A stretch of 29,164 nucleotides of DNA from Thermodesulfobacteriota bacterium (lineage in GTDB: Bacteria; Desulfobacterota; Desulfobacteria; Desulfobacterales; SURF-7). Under the pieces are notes generated by a model, which saw only the letters and a list, made by a program, of their open reading frames with translations, was not told where the DNA came from and did not search any database. The position numbers and the translations under genes were made by a program. Positions 1-8,765 of this stretch are shown one piece after another; position 1 is the stretch's first letter; each line of letters starts with the position of its first letter. The stretch spans positions 1 through 29,164 of the forward strand of contig JBMORA010000007.1 in the NCBI GenBank assembly GCA_049320885.1, written 5' to 3'.

Positions 1-49
1 GAAATCATAAGGAAAACCGAATCGCATTTCTTCCGACGGGAGGTATCCG

Positions 50-1246
50 ATGCGGAACCAGGGTGACAACAATGGAATTTCCCTGAAGGATGTGATCGAT
101 CTTGCCGGGTTCCAACATCTGGCGGACGGTTTCACGCACTTGACCGGCATGCCCACCGCTCTGCTGGATCTGGATGGACAAATTCTGATCGCCAGCGGAT
201 GGCAGAAAATCTGCACACACTTCCACAGGAAAAATCCCGTCTCGGCATCGAAATGCCTGGAAAGCGACACCGCCTTGGCCAACCGATTGGCCGGGGGGGA
301 GACATTCAACCTGTATGAATGCAAGAACGGGCTGATCGATGTCGCCGTCCCGATCCTGATCGAAAATTCGCATGTCGGGAACCTCTTCGCCGGACAGTTC
401 TTTTTGAAACCGCCCGAAATCGATTTTTTTTCGCGACAGGCCGACTACTATGGGTTCGATAGGAAAGCCTATCTGGAGGCGCTTTCCCAGGTTCCCGTAT
501 ATTCGTTGGATGTGGTTCAAAAGGCGATGAATTTTCTGGCACATCTGACGACGATCACCGGGATCATCGGACTCAATAATAAGAAACTGATGGAATTGAA
601 CAGGACCCTGGAAGAACGCGTTCGGCAGCGAACGGCCGATCTGCGGACGGCAACCCGGTTTTCCGAGTCCCTCATCAACAGCTTGCCGGGTGTCATGTAT
701 GTGTTTGACCAGTCGGGCAAATTCCGGCGCTGGAACGACAATTTCGAGAAGGTTGTCGGATATTCGTCTGCGCACATCAAAACAATGAAACCTCTCGATT
801 TCATTAGCCCGGAAGACAAGGACCGGGTGCGCGACACCATGGAAAAGGTTTTTACCGAGGGCAGCGGAGATGTGGAGGCAGGGCTGGTCACCAGCAGCGG
901 CCAGGTGATTTCATATCTATTCAGCGGGTATCACTTCATGCAAAATAAGGTCAGCTATCTGGTGGGGGTGGGTATCGACATATCCGCCCGAACGGCGGTG
1001 GAAAAAGAAAAGATAAATCTTATAAACAAGTTACAGGATAGTCTGGCAAAGGTAAAAAAACTCGGCGGCCTGTTGCCCATCTGTGCATCCTGCAAAAAAA
1101 TCAGAAACGACGAAGGCTACTGGATGAAAATCGAGGCCTACATCCGCGAACATTCGGAAGCCGATTTCAGTCACGGGATTTGCCCGGATTGCGCGAAAAA
1201 ATTGTACCCTGGTTATTTTGTGGGCAAGCGGGACCCTGCCCGATGA
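50..1246 (+). CDS. PocR ligand-binding domain + PAS sensor protein with a C-terminal 4-Cys domain (no kinase domain)
   Basis: N-terminal PocR motifs (GWQKICTHFHR, C-x-NGLIDVAVPI, GNLFAGQF), coiled coil LEERVRQRTADL, PAS (SLPGVMYVFD...GIDISAR), tail LLPICASCKKIR...FSHGICPDC; GGAGG RBS 6 nt upstream of the ATG. Confidence 0.85.
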   Translation: MRNQGDNNGISLKDVIDLAGFQHLADGFTHLTGMPTALLDLDGQILIASGWQKICTHFHRKNPVSASKCLESDTALANRLAGGETFNLYECKNGLIDVAVPILIENSHVGNLFAGQFFLKPPEIDFFSRQADYYGFDRKAYLEALSQVPVYSLDVVQKAMNFLAHLTTITGIIGLNNKKLMELNRTLEERVRQRTADLRTATRFSESLINSLPGVMYVFDQSGKFRRWNDNFEKVVGYSSAHIKTMKPLDFISPEDKDRVRDTMEKVFTEGSGDVEAGLVTSSGQVISYLFSGYHFMQNKVSYLVGVGIDISARTAVEKEKINLINKLQDSLAKVKKLGGLLPICASCKKIRNDEGYWMKIEAYIREHSEADFSHGICPDCAKKLYPGYFVGKRDPAR

Positions 1247-2273
1247 TCCGGGAGGCTTTTTTCGACCCGTAGAACGACCATAACCTGGCGCGGATGCGCT
1301 CTTCCACGTAGCCGATTTTGATGGCTTTTTCAATGCCGGGAGAAATCAGTTCCGTCAGCTCGCGGATCAGCATCTCCTTGGTCACCCCCACATCCTCGAT
1401 GAAGATATCCAGATCCTCATCGCCGTATTTTTCATAGAAATGGCGGACGATCTCGGTATAGATGGATTTGAAATAGCGCGTTTTTCGGAAATGGCCCCAA
1501 AAATCGTAACCGATGAGGATGAAATCCTCCATGTCATCGCCGTTGATGAGGCGGAAATGGTCGGATAATGGTTTTCGGGAAACGGCCTCCCAGATTTCTT
1601 CACCCATTTCAATGATTTGATTTTCGGAGAGCAGTTTGGTGACGAATTTTTCGCTTCCCCGGATGGAATTCTTCATATTGCTTTCGATAAAGCGCCTGAT
1701 GCGTTTTTCAAACAGGGCTTCCAGGCCGGGCGCCTTCTGGTGAACCGCTTCCTTCCCCATTTTAACCAGGGAGGCGATACCCGGTATATTCTGGGCCACG
1801 ATATTTTCCGATATCAGGTAATCGCGGATCCCCGTATACAGGACATGCGAGATCAGTTTCAGATACAGCCGGCTGTTGACAAACCGGCGAACCATCTGGT
1901 TGCGGGCGGATTTCAGGCTGACAGCCTTGTCCACGATTTCATCGAACTGGCGCCGGGAAAAAATCTGTTCCAGACGGGTGGTCTCGTTCTGCCGGGAGGC
2001 ATGCACGAGCCGGCTCATCTCGCCGGACAGTTCCGTGATGGCCCCGGGAATGGGCATGTCCACGACATTGCGCTGAATCAGGCCCAGCATTCGATCCAGC
2101 GGGACAATATCCTTGAATTTGACTCGCCGGATCCATTCAAAGGCCGCCGACACCTCTTCCTCGATGGTCTGCCGGTATCCGCCCCTTTTGAAGCGGTTCA
2201 GCTCATGCTTGACATGGGCCTCGAACAGGTTGGCGATGAGCGCATCCATCTTTTTTTCCTGCTTTGGTTTCAT
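1167..2273 (-). CDS. Hypothetical alpha-helical protein (368 aa), third gene of the WS/DGAT-fabR operon
   Basis: Start MKPKQEKK at 2273 overlaps the fabR stop (ATGA coupling). The listed ORF start at 2594 lies inside fabR. Natural-looking helical sequence with no recognisable catalytic motif. Confidence 0.75.
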   Translation of the reverse strand: MKPKQEKKMDALIANLFEAHVKHELNRFKRGGYRQTIEEEVSAAFEWIRRVKFKDIVPLDRMLGLIQRNVVDMPIPGAITELSGEMSRLVHASRQNETTRLEQIFSRRQFDEIVDKAVSLKSARNQMVRRFVNSRLYLKLISHVLYTGIRDYLISENIVAQNIPGIASLVKMGKEAVHQKAPGLEALFEKRIRRFIESNMKNSIRGSEKFVTKLLSENQIIEMGEEIWEAVSRKPLSDHFRLINGDDMEDFILIGYDFWGHFRKTRYFKSIYTEIVRHFYEKYGDEDLDIFIEDVGVTKEMLIRELTELISPGIEKAIKIGYVEERIRARLWSFYGSKKASRIIGQGPACPQNNQGTIFSRNPGKSRD

Positions 2274-2938
2274 GGAGCCGCCGCTTCCTGGATCATCGCG
2301 CCGGTAACCAGCAGACGCAGTTTTTGTTTCATGGACGTCATGACGGTTTCGTCGCTGATTTCCGGATTCAACATTTTTTCCATGCCGCTTGCCATGCTGA
2401 TGATCAACAGCATTTCCGCAAGCAACCGGTTGTCGGCGACGGGTTTTCCCATGGAAAGGGCCAGGTTTTTCAGGTCTTGCGAAAGGAAATCGATCAATTT
2501 CCCCGTTTCCACGGCAATGGCGCTGCGCAAGGCCTTTGAACTGCCGGTGCGTTCCTGGAAAAAAAGGCGCAGGAGGCGGTTGTGGGACGAACAATAGGCC
2601 ATGAATATCTCGGTAAACGGACCCACAAACGCCTCGACGGCATCCGGCGCCTCCGGCTGGGAATCAGGCTCCGGCGTGGCAGCGGCGCCAAGACGCCGGC
2701 GAATCGCAGCGAAGCATTCATCCAGTATTTTTTTGGCATCCAGCGCCATGGAGATGCCCAGTTCATCGATATCGCGGAAATGGCGGTAAAAGGATGTCGG
2801 CGCAATCCCCGCCTCCCGGGCCACCGAGCGTAAACTCAAGCTGGCGAAACCTTCTTCCGCGCAAAGCGCCAGCGCCGCCTGCATGAGGGCCTGGCTGGTT
2901 TTTTCTTTCTGGGCGACGATTTCTTTCCGTGATGCCAT
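2270..2938 (-). CDS. fabR: FabR/DesT-type TetR-family fatty-acid-responsive repressor
   Basis: HTH QKEKT...FASLSLRSVAREAGIAPTSFYRHFRDIDELG is nearly identical to E. coli FabR as recalled; a FabR-type operator lies upstream of the operon. Confidence 0.8.
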   Translation of the reverse strand: MASRKEIVAQKEKTSQALMQAALALCAEEGFASLSLRSVAREAGIAPTSFYRHFRDIDELGISMALDAKKILDECFAAIRRRLGAAATPEPDSQPEAPDAVEAFVGPFTEIFMAYCSSHNRLLRLFFQERTGSSKALRSAIAVETGKLIDFLSQDLKNLALSMGKPVADNRLLAEMLLIISMASGMEKMLNPEISDETVMTSMKQKLRLLVTGAMIQEAAAP

Positions 2939-2976
2939 AATTTGTTTCTATACCACACACCGGGGTCATCTGAAAC

Positions 2977-5334
2977 CTAATTCCAGAGCCGTTTCAGAAA
3001 ACGGTGGGCATCCGCCGCGCTCCGCCGCGGAATTTCCTCCATGGGCATATGTCCGACGCCGTCATAGATGATCGTCCGTGAGGAGGGAAGATCGCGTTCC
3101 CAGTGTTTGACCATCTTTACCGGAACCCAGGGGTCTTTTGCCCCCCACATCAGCAGGGTGTCGGCTTGGATGCGATCGATGCCGCTGCAGAGCGCCGTGG
3201 AAGCGCACTGGTTTTTGAGGAGCCGCAGGACATCGACATAGGCGCCGCGATTTTCCGCGCTGGCGGCCATATCGTAGCAGCGGGCAACCACCTCGTCGCT
3301 CACTTTCGATTTGTCGCCATAGATGGAACGGATGCTTTGTTCAAAAAAAATCCGCGGCGACATGACCCCGGCGATGTCGCCGATCAGCGGGGCGTTGATG
3401 AACTTCATGATCCCGGGCAGGTCCTGGGGGTAGCCCACCGCGTCGATGAGGAGCAGCCGGTTGACGTTTTCCGGGAACTGCAGGGCGTAATTCCAGGCAA
3501 GATAGCCGCCGACGGAATTGCCGGCGATATCGATGTTGCCAAGCCCCAGCGTCTGAATGAACTGATGGAGGAAATCCAGAAACAGATCCCGGCTGCAGGG
3601 CGCGCCTTTCAGACGGGTGGTCAAACCGAAACCCGGCAGATCGAGGCGGATCAGCCGGTAGTGGGGCGACAGCAGTGCGGCCCAGTCATCCCACGTATGC
3701 AGCGAGGAAAGAATCCCGTGGAGCAGCAACACGACCGGTCCGCTTCCCTGGTCGCAATAATGGGCCCTGGTTCCGTTGATATCGATGAATTTTGAATGAT
3801 CCGCCGTATACCGGCGGGAGAGTTCATCAAACGATAGGGAACGAATGCCCAGACTCAAGGCGCTGGCCAGGCGTCGCCGGCGAACGCCCGTCTGTTCGCG
3901 GGCATGGGGTTTCCGGCCGCGGTTCCGCTTGACGGCATCCAGGGGGATTGGGACCGCGTCCCTGCCGCTTCCAAGCCGGGCAAGCTCGAAAAGTTCCTGG
4001 ATTTCCCTCCGGACGGCATCGACGATCCGCTGGGGTTCGGCAATCAGGTTGGTGTCTGCGGAAATACCCACCGTGATTTCATCGGCATAGCTCAGGATGC
4101 TGATGCCCGTTGAGATGTCCCCGGAGCGCGGCACCCAGAATATCATGTTGCGGATTTTCCCGCCGGCAAAATACACTGGCTGCCGGGGGCCGTGGACATT
4201 GGACAATACGGCCGTGCCCTTGTTGGCGAAAAAATTCGCTGTCCGCCGGGCGACGGCCCCCGGCGCGGCCCCCAGTGCCTGGAGGAAGTGATAGCTGAGC
4301 GCCGGCTCCACCGACTGTTTCATCGTGCCGGTCCGTTTTTGAATCTCCTTGAGCCGGGCCAGGGGGTCTTGAAGCGAAACCGGCAAGGCCGTCGAGGCAA
4401 TGCCGAAGCGGTTTCCCAGTTCCTTCTGGGCCCCCGGTCGGCGGAGGTTGACCGGCATGGAGACATGCAGATCGAACTTGCCGGCGGGGGGGGCGGTTTC
4501 CATCAGAAACCGCCGGAGCGCTCCGCTGATGGCGGTCAGCAGCACATCGTTGACGGTTGCCTGGAAGGTCTTGCCGATGGCCTTGATTTCGGGTAACGAC
4601 AGCGGCGCGCTCCAGGCGACATTTTTCCTGACGTTCAGTCGTCCCTTGAAGGTGGTTTTCGGGTCAGCGGGCATCAGCAGCTGTTTTCCCAGGATCGCCA
4701 CGCTTTCGGCGGCCCGGCCGGAAAGGCCCAGCGGCCGGCTGCTGTCCAGGGCGGCTTCCATGCCGGCGGCCAGGCTGGTTCTGGCCCGGGTAAGGGTTTG
4801 GATGAAGCCGGACAGCAGGGCCGGCCGGGCCGGCGCCGCGGGCGGGAAATCCGGTTGCGGCCAGGGGGCGTCCTCCGCATCGTCGGTGATGGCGGCCAGC
4901 ACCTGCTGCAGCGCCATGCCGTCGGCAATGCAATGATGGATCCGCCAGAAGACGGCGCAGCCGCCCGCATAATTCTCGATCAGGTGGAGCTGCCACAACG
5001 GCTTGGCCGGATCCAGCGGCTTGGCGGACAGATCGCTGATCATTTCCTGGAGCGCGGCCTTGTCGCCGGAACCCGGCAAGGCCACGCGGACGATGTGGGA
5101 CCGGACATCAAAAACCGGGTCCGCATCCCAATGGGGCTTGCCGATGCCGGTCCGCGGCGGGGTCACCCGCTGGCAAAACCGCCGGTATCGCAGCAGGCGG
5201 TGTTCGATGGTGGCGCGCAACCGTTCCGCATCGAGCACGGCATCGAATTCAAACAGGGCGGTGATGATCATGCGATTCCTGGCATGATCCAGTTGATACC
5301 AGAAATGGTCGATATTGCTCATGGGTTGTTTCAT
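2977..5334 (-). CDS. Wax ester synthase/diacylglycerol acyltransferase (WS/DGAT) fused to a C-terminal alpha/beta-hydrolase (lipase/esterase-like)
   Basis: aa 1 to ~450: PLDPAKPLWQLHLIE, catalytic HHCIADG, TVNDVLL, PVNLR, LGNRFG, SNVHGP. aa ~500-785: LLHGILSS, DLPGFG, nucleophile GNSVGG, WGAKD, GHMPMEE. GAGGTGG RBS upstream. Confidence 0.9.
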   Translation of the reverse strand: MKQPMSNIDHFWYQLDHARNRMIITALFEFDAVLDAERLRATIEHRLLRYRRFCQRVTPPRTGIGKPHWDADPVFDVRSHIVRVALPGSGDKAALQEMISDLSAKPLDPAKPLWQLHLIENYAGGCAVFWRIHHCIADGMALQQVLAAITDDAEDAPWPQPDFPPAAPARPALLSGFIQTLTRARTSLAAGMEAALDSSRPLGLSGRAAESVAILGKQLLMPADPKTTFKGRLNVRKNVAWSAPLSLPEIKAIGKTFQATVNDVLLTAISGALRRFLMETAPPAGKFDLHVSMPVNLRRPGAQKELGNRFGIASTALPVSLQDPLARLKEIQKRTGTMKQSVEPALSYHFLQALGAAPGAVARRTANFFANKGTAVLSNVHGPRQPVYFAGGKIRNMIFWVPRSGDISTGISILSYADEITVGISADTNLIAEPQRIVDAVRREIQELFELARLGSGRDAVPIPLDAVKRNRGRKPHAREQTGVRRRRLASALSLGIRSLSFDELSRRYTADHSKFIDINGTRAHYCDQGSGPVVLLLHGILSSLHTWDDWAALLSPHYRLIRLDLPGFGLTTRLKGAPCSRDLFLDFLHQFIQTLGLGNIDIAGNSVGGYLAWNYALQFPENVNRLLLIDAVGYPQDLPGIMKFINAPLIGDIAGVMSPRIFFEQSIRSIYGDKSKVSDEVVARCYDMAASAENRGAYVDVLRLLKNQCASTALCSGIDRIQADTLLMWGAKDPWVPVKMVKHWERDLPSSRTIIYDGVGHMPMEEIPRRSAADAHRFLKRLWN

Positions 5335-5436
5335 GGTGCCACCTCATTTTGCTGGATTGAATTCGAACGGCTTTATTTCCATCGACCGGGTATCGGCCAT
5401 TTAAGTACATACGTTATATAAATGTAAAAACAGTTA

Positions 5437-5454
5437 TGCGTACACTTGTACTTA
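5437..5454. promoter_or_regulatory. FabR-type operator palindrome
   Basis: TGCGTACACTTGTACTTA (GTACA-NN-TGTAC). The minus strand TAAGTACAAGTGTACGCA shares 14 consecutive bases with the E. coli fabB FabR site as recalled (GGCGTACAAGTGTACGCT). A further TAAGTACA half-site lies at 5402-5409. Confidence 0.75.
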
Positions 5455-5483
5455 CATATATTCATTTTGGGGGTGGCTGTCAA
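5455..5483 (-). promoter_or_regulatory. Putative sigma70 promoter of the WS/DGAT-fabR operon
   Basis: Minus strand TTGACA (5483-5478), 17 nt, TATATG (5460-5455), immediately upstream of the FabR box; the -10 element is imperfect. Confidence 0.5.
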
Positions 5484-5736
5484 GCAAAGAATATCGTGGC
5501 TTCCGGTTTTAATCGGCAGCTTCGGGATGAGATCACCCAAACGGCCGGCATGCTTTTCCGGATTCAGGATTAACGGGTTGAAATCAAATATGAAATTTTG
5601 GGATAACCGGTGCCCGGCAGGGGTTGGATTGGGCTGGCGCCCAACCGCGGTCCGGTTTTAGGGTCGTCTCCCGGGAAAACGATCCGGAACCGATCACGCT
5701 GATCCGGTTGCCGCGGCCATCCGTCGCGGGAAACCG

Positions 5737-6858
5737 CTACCGGCGGCCGCCGGCTGTCTTCTTCTCCTGTTCCTCCACTACGCAATGGATGCCCTTGCCC
5801 TCCATGGCCGGGCCGAAGCAGAGGTTGTCGGATTTGCAGAAGGCGGGTCGTAGATCGCCGGATTTCCAACGATGGATGAGGCCGGGTTCCCGGATGAAGG
5901 GGCGGCTCATGGAAAGAAAATCCGCGGCCCCGGTGTGTACCAGCTTTTCGGCCACCTGGGGGGACCGCACGCCGCCCACGAGAATCACCGGAATGTCGAT
6001 CGCTTTTTTCAAGGCCCGGGCGGCATCCTGGAAATAGGCTTCCTTGGTTTCGGCGGTGATGCCGGACCGGCTGGGGGATAATTTGCCGCTGGTAAGGGTG
6101 CCGCCGGAAAGCTCGACCGCGTCCAAGCCGGCCTCGGCGAGCAGCTTGCAGGCGGCAACGGAATCCTCGCGGGTGAGGCCGTTTTCAAGGCAGTCCTCGC
6201 TGTTGATTTTGATCAGGATAGGATAATCCTTGCCCGCGGTCTGCCGGATGGCGGCCAGTATTTCCAGATGAATCCGGGTTCGGTTTTCGATGTCGCCGCC
6301 GTATTCGTCTGTTCTCCGGTTGTATGCCGGGGACAGGAACTGGCTGAGCAGGTATCCGTGGCCGGAATGGATCTGCACCCCGTCAAAACCCGCGTCTTTC
6401 GCCCGGCCGGCAGCGGCGGCAAAAGCCTGGACAAGGCGGACGATATCCTCTTTGCCCAGCTCATGCCGGGGGGATTTCGCAAGGCCGTCAAAATCGGATA
6501 CCACGTGCGGGGCTTGTCCGGTCAAGGACCTGGCCGCAAAATGTCCGGCATGGGCCAGTTGGGCCACGATTTTCCCCCCGGCGGCGTGGACGGCGGCGGT
6601 CATCTGTTTCAACCCGTCCGTAAGGCCATCCTGATGGATCCCGAGCTGCCAGGGACCGGCCTGGCCTTCGGGACTCACAAAAGCATGGCCGGAGATGATG
6701 AGTCCCACGCCGCCCTCTGCGAGGTCGCCCATTGTCTGGATGAGCTTCGGGGTCACGGCACCGTCATCGGCGGCCATGCCTTCCCATGTGGCGGAACGGA
6801 CAAACCGGTTGGACAGGTTCATGCGGCTGATGCGGCCGGATGCAAACAAATCGCTCAT
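5737..6858 (-). CDS. NADH:flavin oxidoreductase (Old Yellow Enzyme family)
   Basis: NRFVRSATWE, AQLAHAG, GFDGVQIHSGHGYLLSQFLSP, RTDEYGG, SRPFIREP; AAGGAGG RBS overlapping the upstream stop. Confidence 0.92.
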   Translation of the reverse strand: MSDLFASGRISRMNLSNRFVRSATWEGMAADDGAVTPKLIQTMGDLAEGGVGLIISGHAFVSPEGQAGPWQLGIHQDGLTDGLKQMTAAVHAAGGKIVAQLAHAGHFAARSLTGQAPHVVSDFDGLAKSPRHELGKEDIVRLVQAFAAAAGRAKDAGFDGVQIHSGHGYLLSQFLSPAYNRRTDEYGGDIENRTRIHLEILAAIRQTAGKDYPILIKINSEDCLENGLTREDSVAACKLLAEAGLDAVELSGGTLTSGKLSPSRSGITAETKEAYFQDAARALKKAIDIPVILVGGVRSPQVAEKLVHTGAADFLSMSRPFIREPGLIHRWKSGDLRPAFCKSDNLCFGPAMEGKGIHCVVEEQEKKTAGGRR

Positions 6859-6870
6859 GGTGATTCCTCC

Positions 6871-7656
6871 TTACAGGCCAATGGTATTGTAGGTCGCTTC
6901 CACGATTTCCCGGCCATACTTTCTTTCAAGACGCCGGACGATGAAATGACCCCGCGCCATATCCTGGAAATGATCGATAAACAAGGTGTTGATGAGCGCC
7001 CCGCCCGCTGCGCCGATGGCGGGAATGGCCTGGGCCGCGGCTTTTTCGGATACTTGAATGCTGAAACGCTCCGCAATTTGAATGATCAGTCGGACCAGAG
7101 CCGGGGAGCCTCCTTCGGCCAGGCCTTTTTCCGCAATGTATTCCGCCGCTTTCGCAACCGATTGGGCCAGGGCGGCGCGAACCGTGAAATATCCGGATTC
7201 GGCGGCGTTGTCCGTCTTGCTCAAGCCGCCGAAAGCAAAGACCTCGATACAGGCCATTTGGGCTTCAATCCCGCTGATGGTTTCCCCTTCGCTGCGGGCG
7301 ATATCCGCTATGGACCGCAGCATGATGGTTGTGGATACGGGCAGTTCCACGGCCAATGCCGGCAGCCCGAAAAAACCGCCAACGCCGCCGGTGGTTGCCA
7401 CCGCCAGTTTGTGCCAGATGGTGGATGCCGGTTCACCCGGCACGTCCTTCAAGGTGGAAACCGCGGCCTGTAGCGCCCTGAATAATGCCTCCCGGGTTAC
7501 CGCACCGATTTTTGCATTCCAATTGGCCGGCAGGAGGTCAAATCCCTTTTCGAGGGGCGTGCCGATAAAATGGGCGATTTTGGATGCAATCCCCGGATTT
7601 TCCAGCAACATTTTCGCTTTTTTCAGGTCGCTCAAATCGATTGGTTCACATGTCAT
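6871..7656 (-). CDS. EcsC family protein
   Basis: TGGVGGFFGLPALAVELPVSTTIMLRSIADIARSEGE, QAIPAIGAAGGALIN...FQDMARGHFIVRRLER; likely start MTCEPID at 7656 with GAGG RBS. Confidence 0.82.
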   Translation of the reverse strand: MTCEPIDLSDLKKAKMLLENPGIASKIAHFIGTPLEKGFDLLPANWNAKIGAVTREALFRALQAAVSTLKDVPGEPASTIWHKLAVATTGGVGGFFGLPALAVELPVSTTIMLRSIADIARSEGETISGIEAQMACIEVFAFGGLSKTDNAAESGYFTVRAALAQSVAKAAEYIAEKGLAEGGSPALVRLIIQIAERFSIQVSEKAAAQAIPAIGAAGGALINTLFIDHFQDMARGHFIVRRLERKYGREIVEATYNTIGL

Positions 7657-7845
7657 GATGCCTCTCGTTTCGTTTCTCGGGCCCCAGGAGCAAAACGAAC
7701 AGCTTGCCCGGCACCAACTATCTTGACCTGGCTGGAACCAATAAGCAACCAAGCGGGATTGTTGTCAAGCACAAATCTTTCGTTGAAGGCAGCAACGCTT
7801 GTATTTTTTCCCGCTTCCGCAGGGCAGACGATAACGGATAACGGG

Positions 7846-7995
7846 TTAGGATGATCTTTTCCTCCGCCGGGGGATTGCCATCGTCAGAATCAGCAGCATG
7901 AAGAGAATGCCCCCCCATTCCGTGAGGGAGGGGATGGGATCGGAGCTGGCCGCGCTGCAATAGACATCACTGCCGGCAACAAACGGGCCGCCGGC
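7846..7995 (-). other. Unannotated IPTL-CTERM-like C-terminal sorting peptide with no start codon of its own (gene remnant or frameshift extension)
   Basis: Manual translation: AGGPFVAGSDVYCSAASSDP-IPSLTEWGG-ILFMLLILTMAI-PRRRKRSS*, i.e. signature motif, TM helix and basic cluster, then stop. Confidence 0.7.
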
Positions 7996-7997
7996 GG

Positions 7998-8765
7998 TTA
8001 CTTTTCTATCAATGCCGAATCGTTCAGGAACAACTGCCAGAGCTTGCGCATGGTCCGGGGATCATGGCCGCCCTGGATGGCATAGATTCTTTCCGGTGGC
8101 AGGATGGCCCCCAGCAGGCGGTGGGCCGGGTTGAAGGAATCCTGCGCGCCATAGCCCAGGAAAATGGGGGCCCATGCCGCCGGGTCGTTGGCGTACGTTT
8201 TCAACCAATCCCAGAACATGCGCTCCCAGTCCTTGCCGGGATCGTAGGAGCCGGGCTGCCAGGCGGCGACGCCGCCGGCGCCCGCCACTTCGGCGATGAT
8301 ATCTTCGTATCCCAGAAAAGGGGCGATGACATAAACGCCATCGATGTCCTCAGGGTGTTCCCGCAGGTACATGAGGGCACCCAGCCCCCCCATGGAAACC
8401 CCCACCAGCCAGATGCGGCGATATCCGGCGGCTTTGGCCGGAGCGATGACATCCGTTTTCAGGCGGGGCACCAGGGTTTCGGCCATGTAGTATCCCAGGT
8501 GGGAGTCGGGAATCACCACATCCTGGGGACACAAGCGCTCCCGCAAATCCCGGATAAAACCGTCCTGCTCGAAGCTTTTGTGATCGCCGCCTCTACCCCG
8601 CAACATGACGATGAGATCCGCGCTTTGCCCACCCTCGGCTGCTGGATAGCGCAGAAGATTCAGCGGCGCATTGGTTCCCCAATAGGCGCATCCGGTTGCC
8701 AGCAGCAGAAGCGGCAACACGGCGGTGAGTATCGTCCCCGACACCAGGCTGCGGTTGAAACGCAT
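7998..8765 (-). CDS. Lipoprotein alpha/beta-hydrolase (esterase-like)
   Basis: Lipobox LLLLATG-C; nucleophile GVSMGG; candidate triad Asp (AQDSF) and His (GGHD); AAGGAG RBS. Confidence 0.82.
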   Translation of the reverse strand: MRFNRSLVSGTILTAVLPLLLLATGCAYWGTNAPLNLLRYPAAEGGQSADLIVMLRGRGGDHKSFEQDGFIRDLRERLCPQDVVIPDSHLGYYMAETLVPRLKTDVIAPAKAAGYRRIWLVGVSMGGLGALMYLREHPEDIDGVYVIAPFLGYEDIIAEVAGAGGVAAWQPGSYDPGKDWERMFWDWLKTYANDPAAWAPIFLGYGAQDSFNPAHRLLGAILPPERIYAIQGGHDPRTMRKLWQLFLNDSALIEK

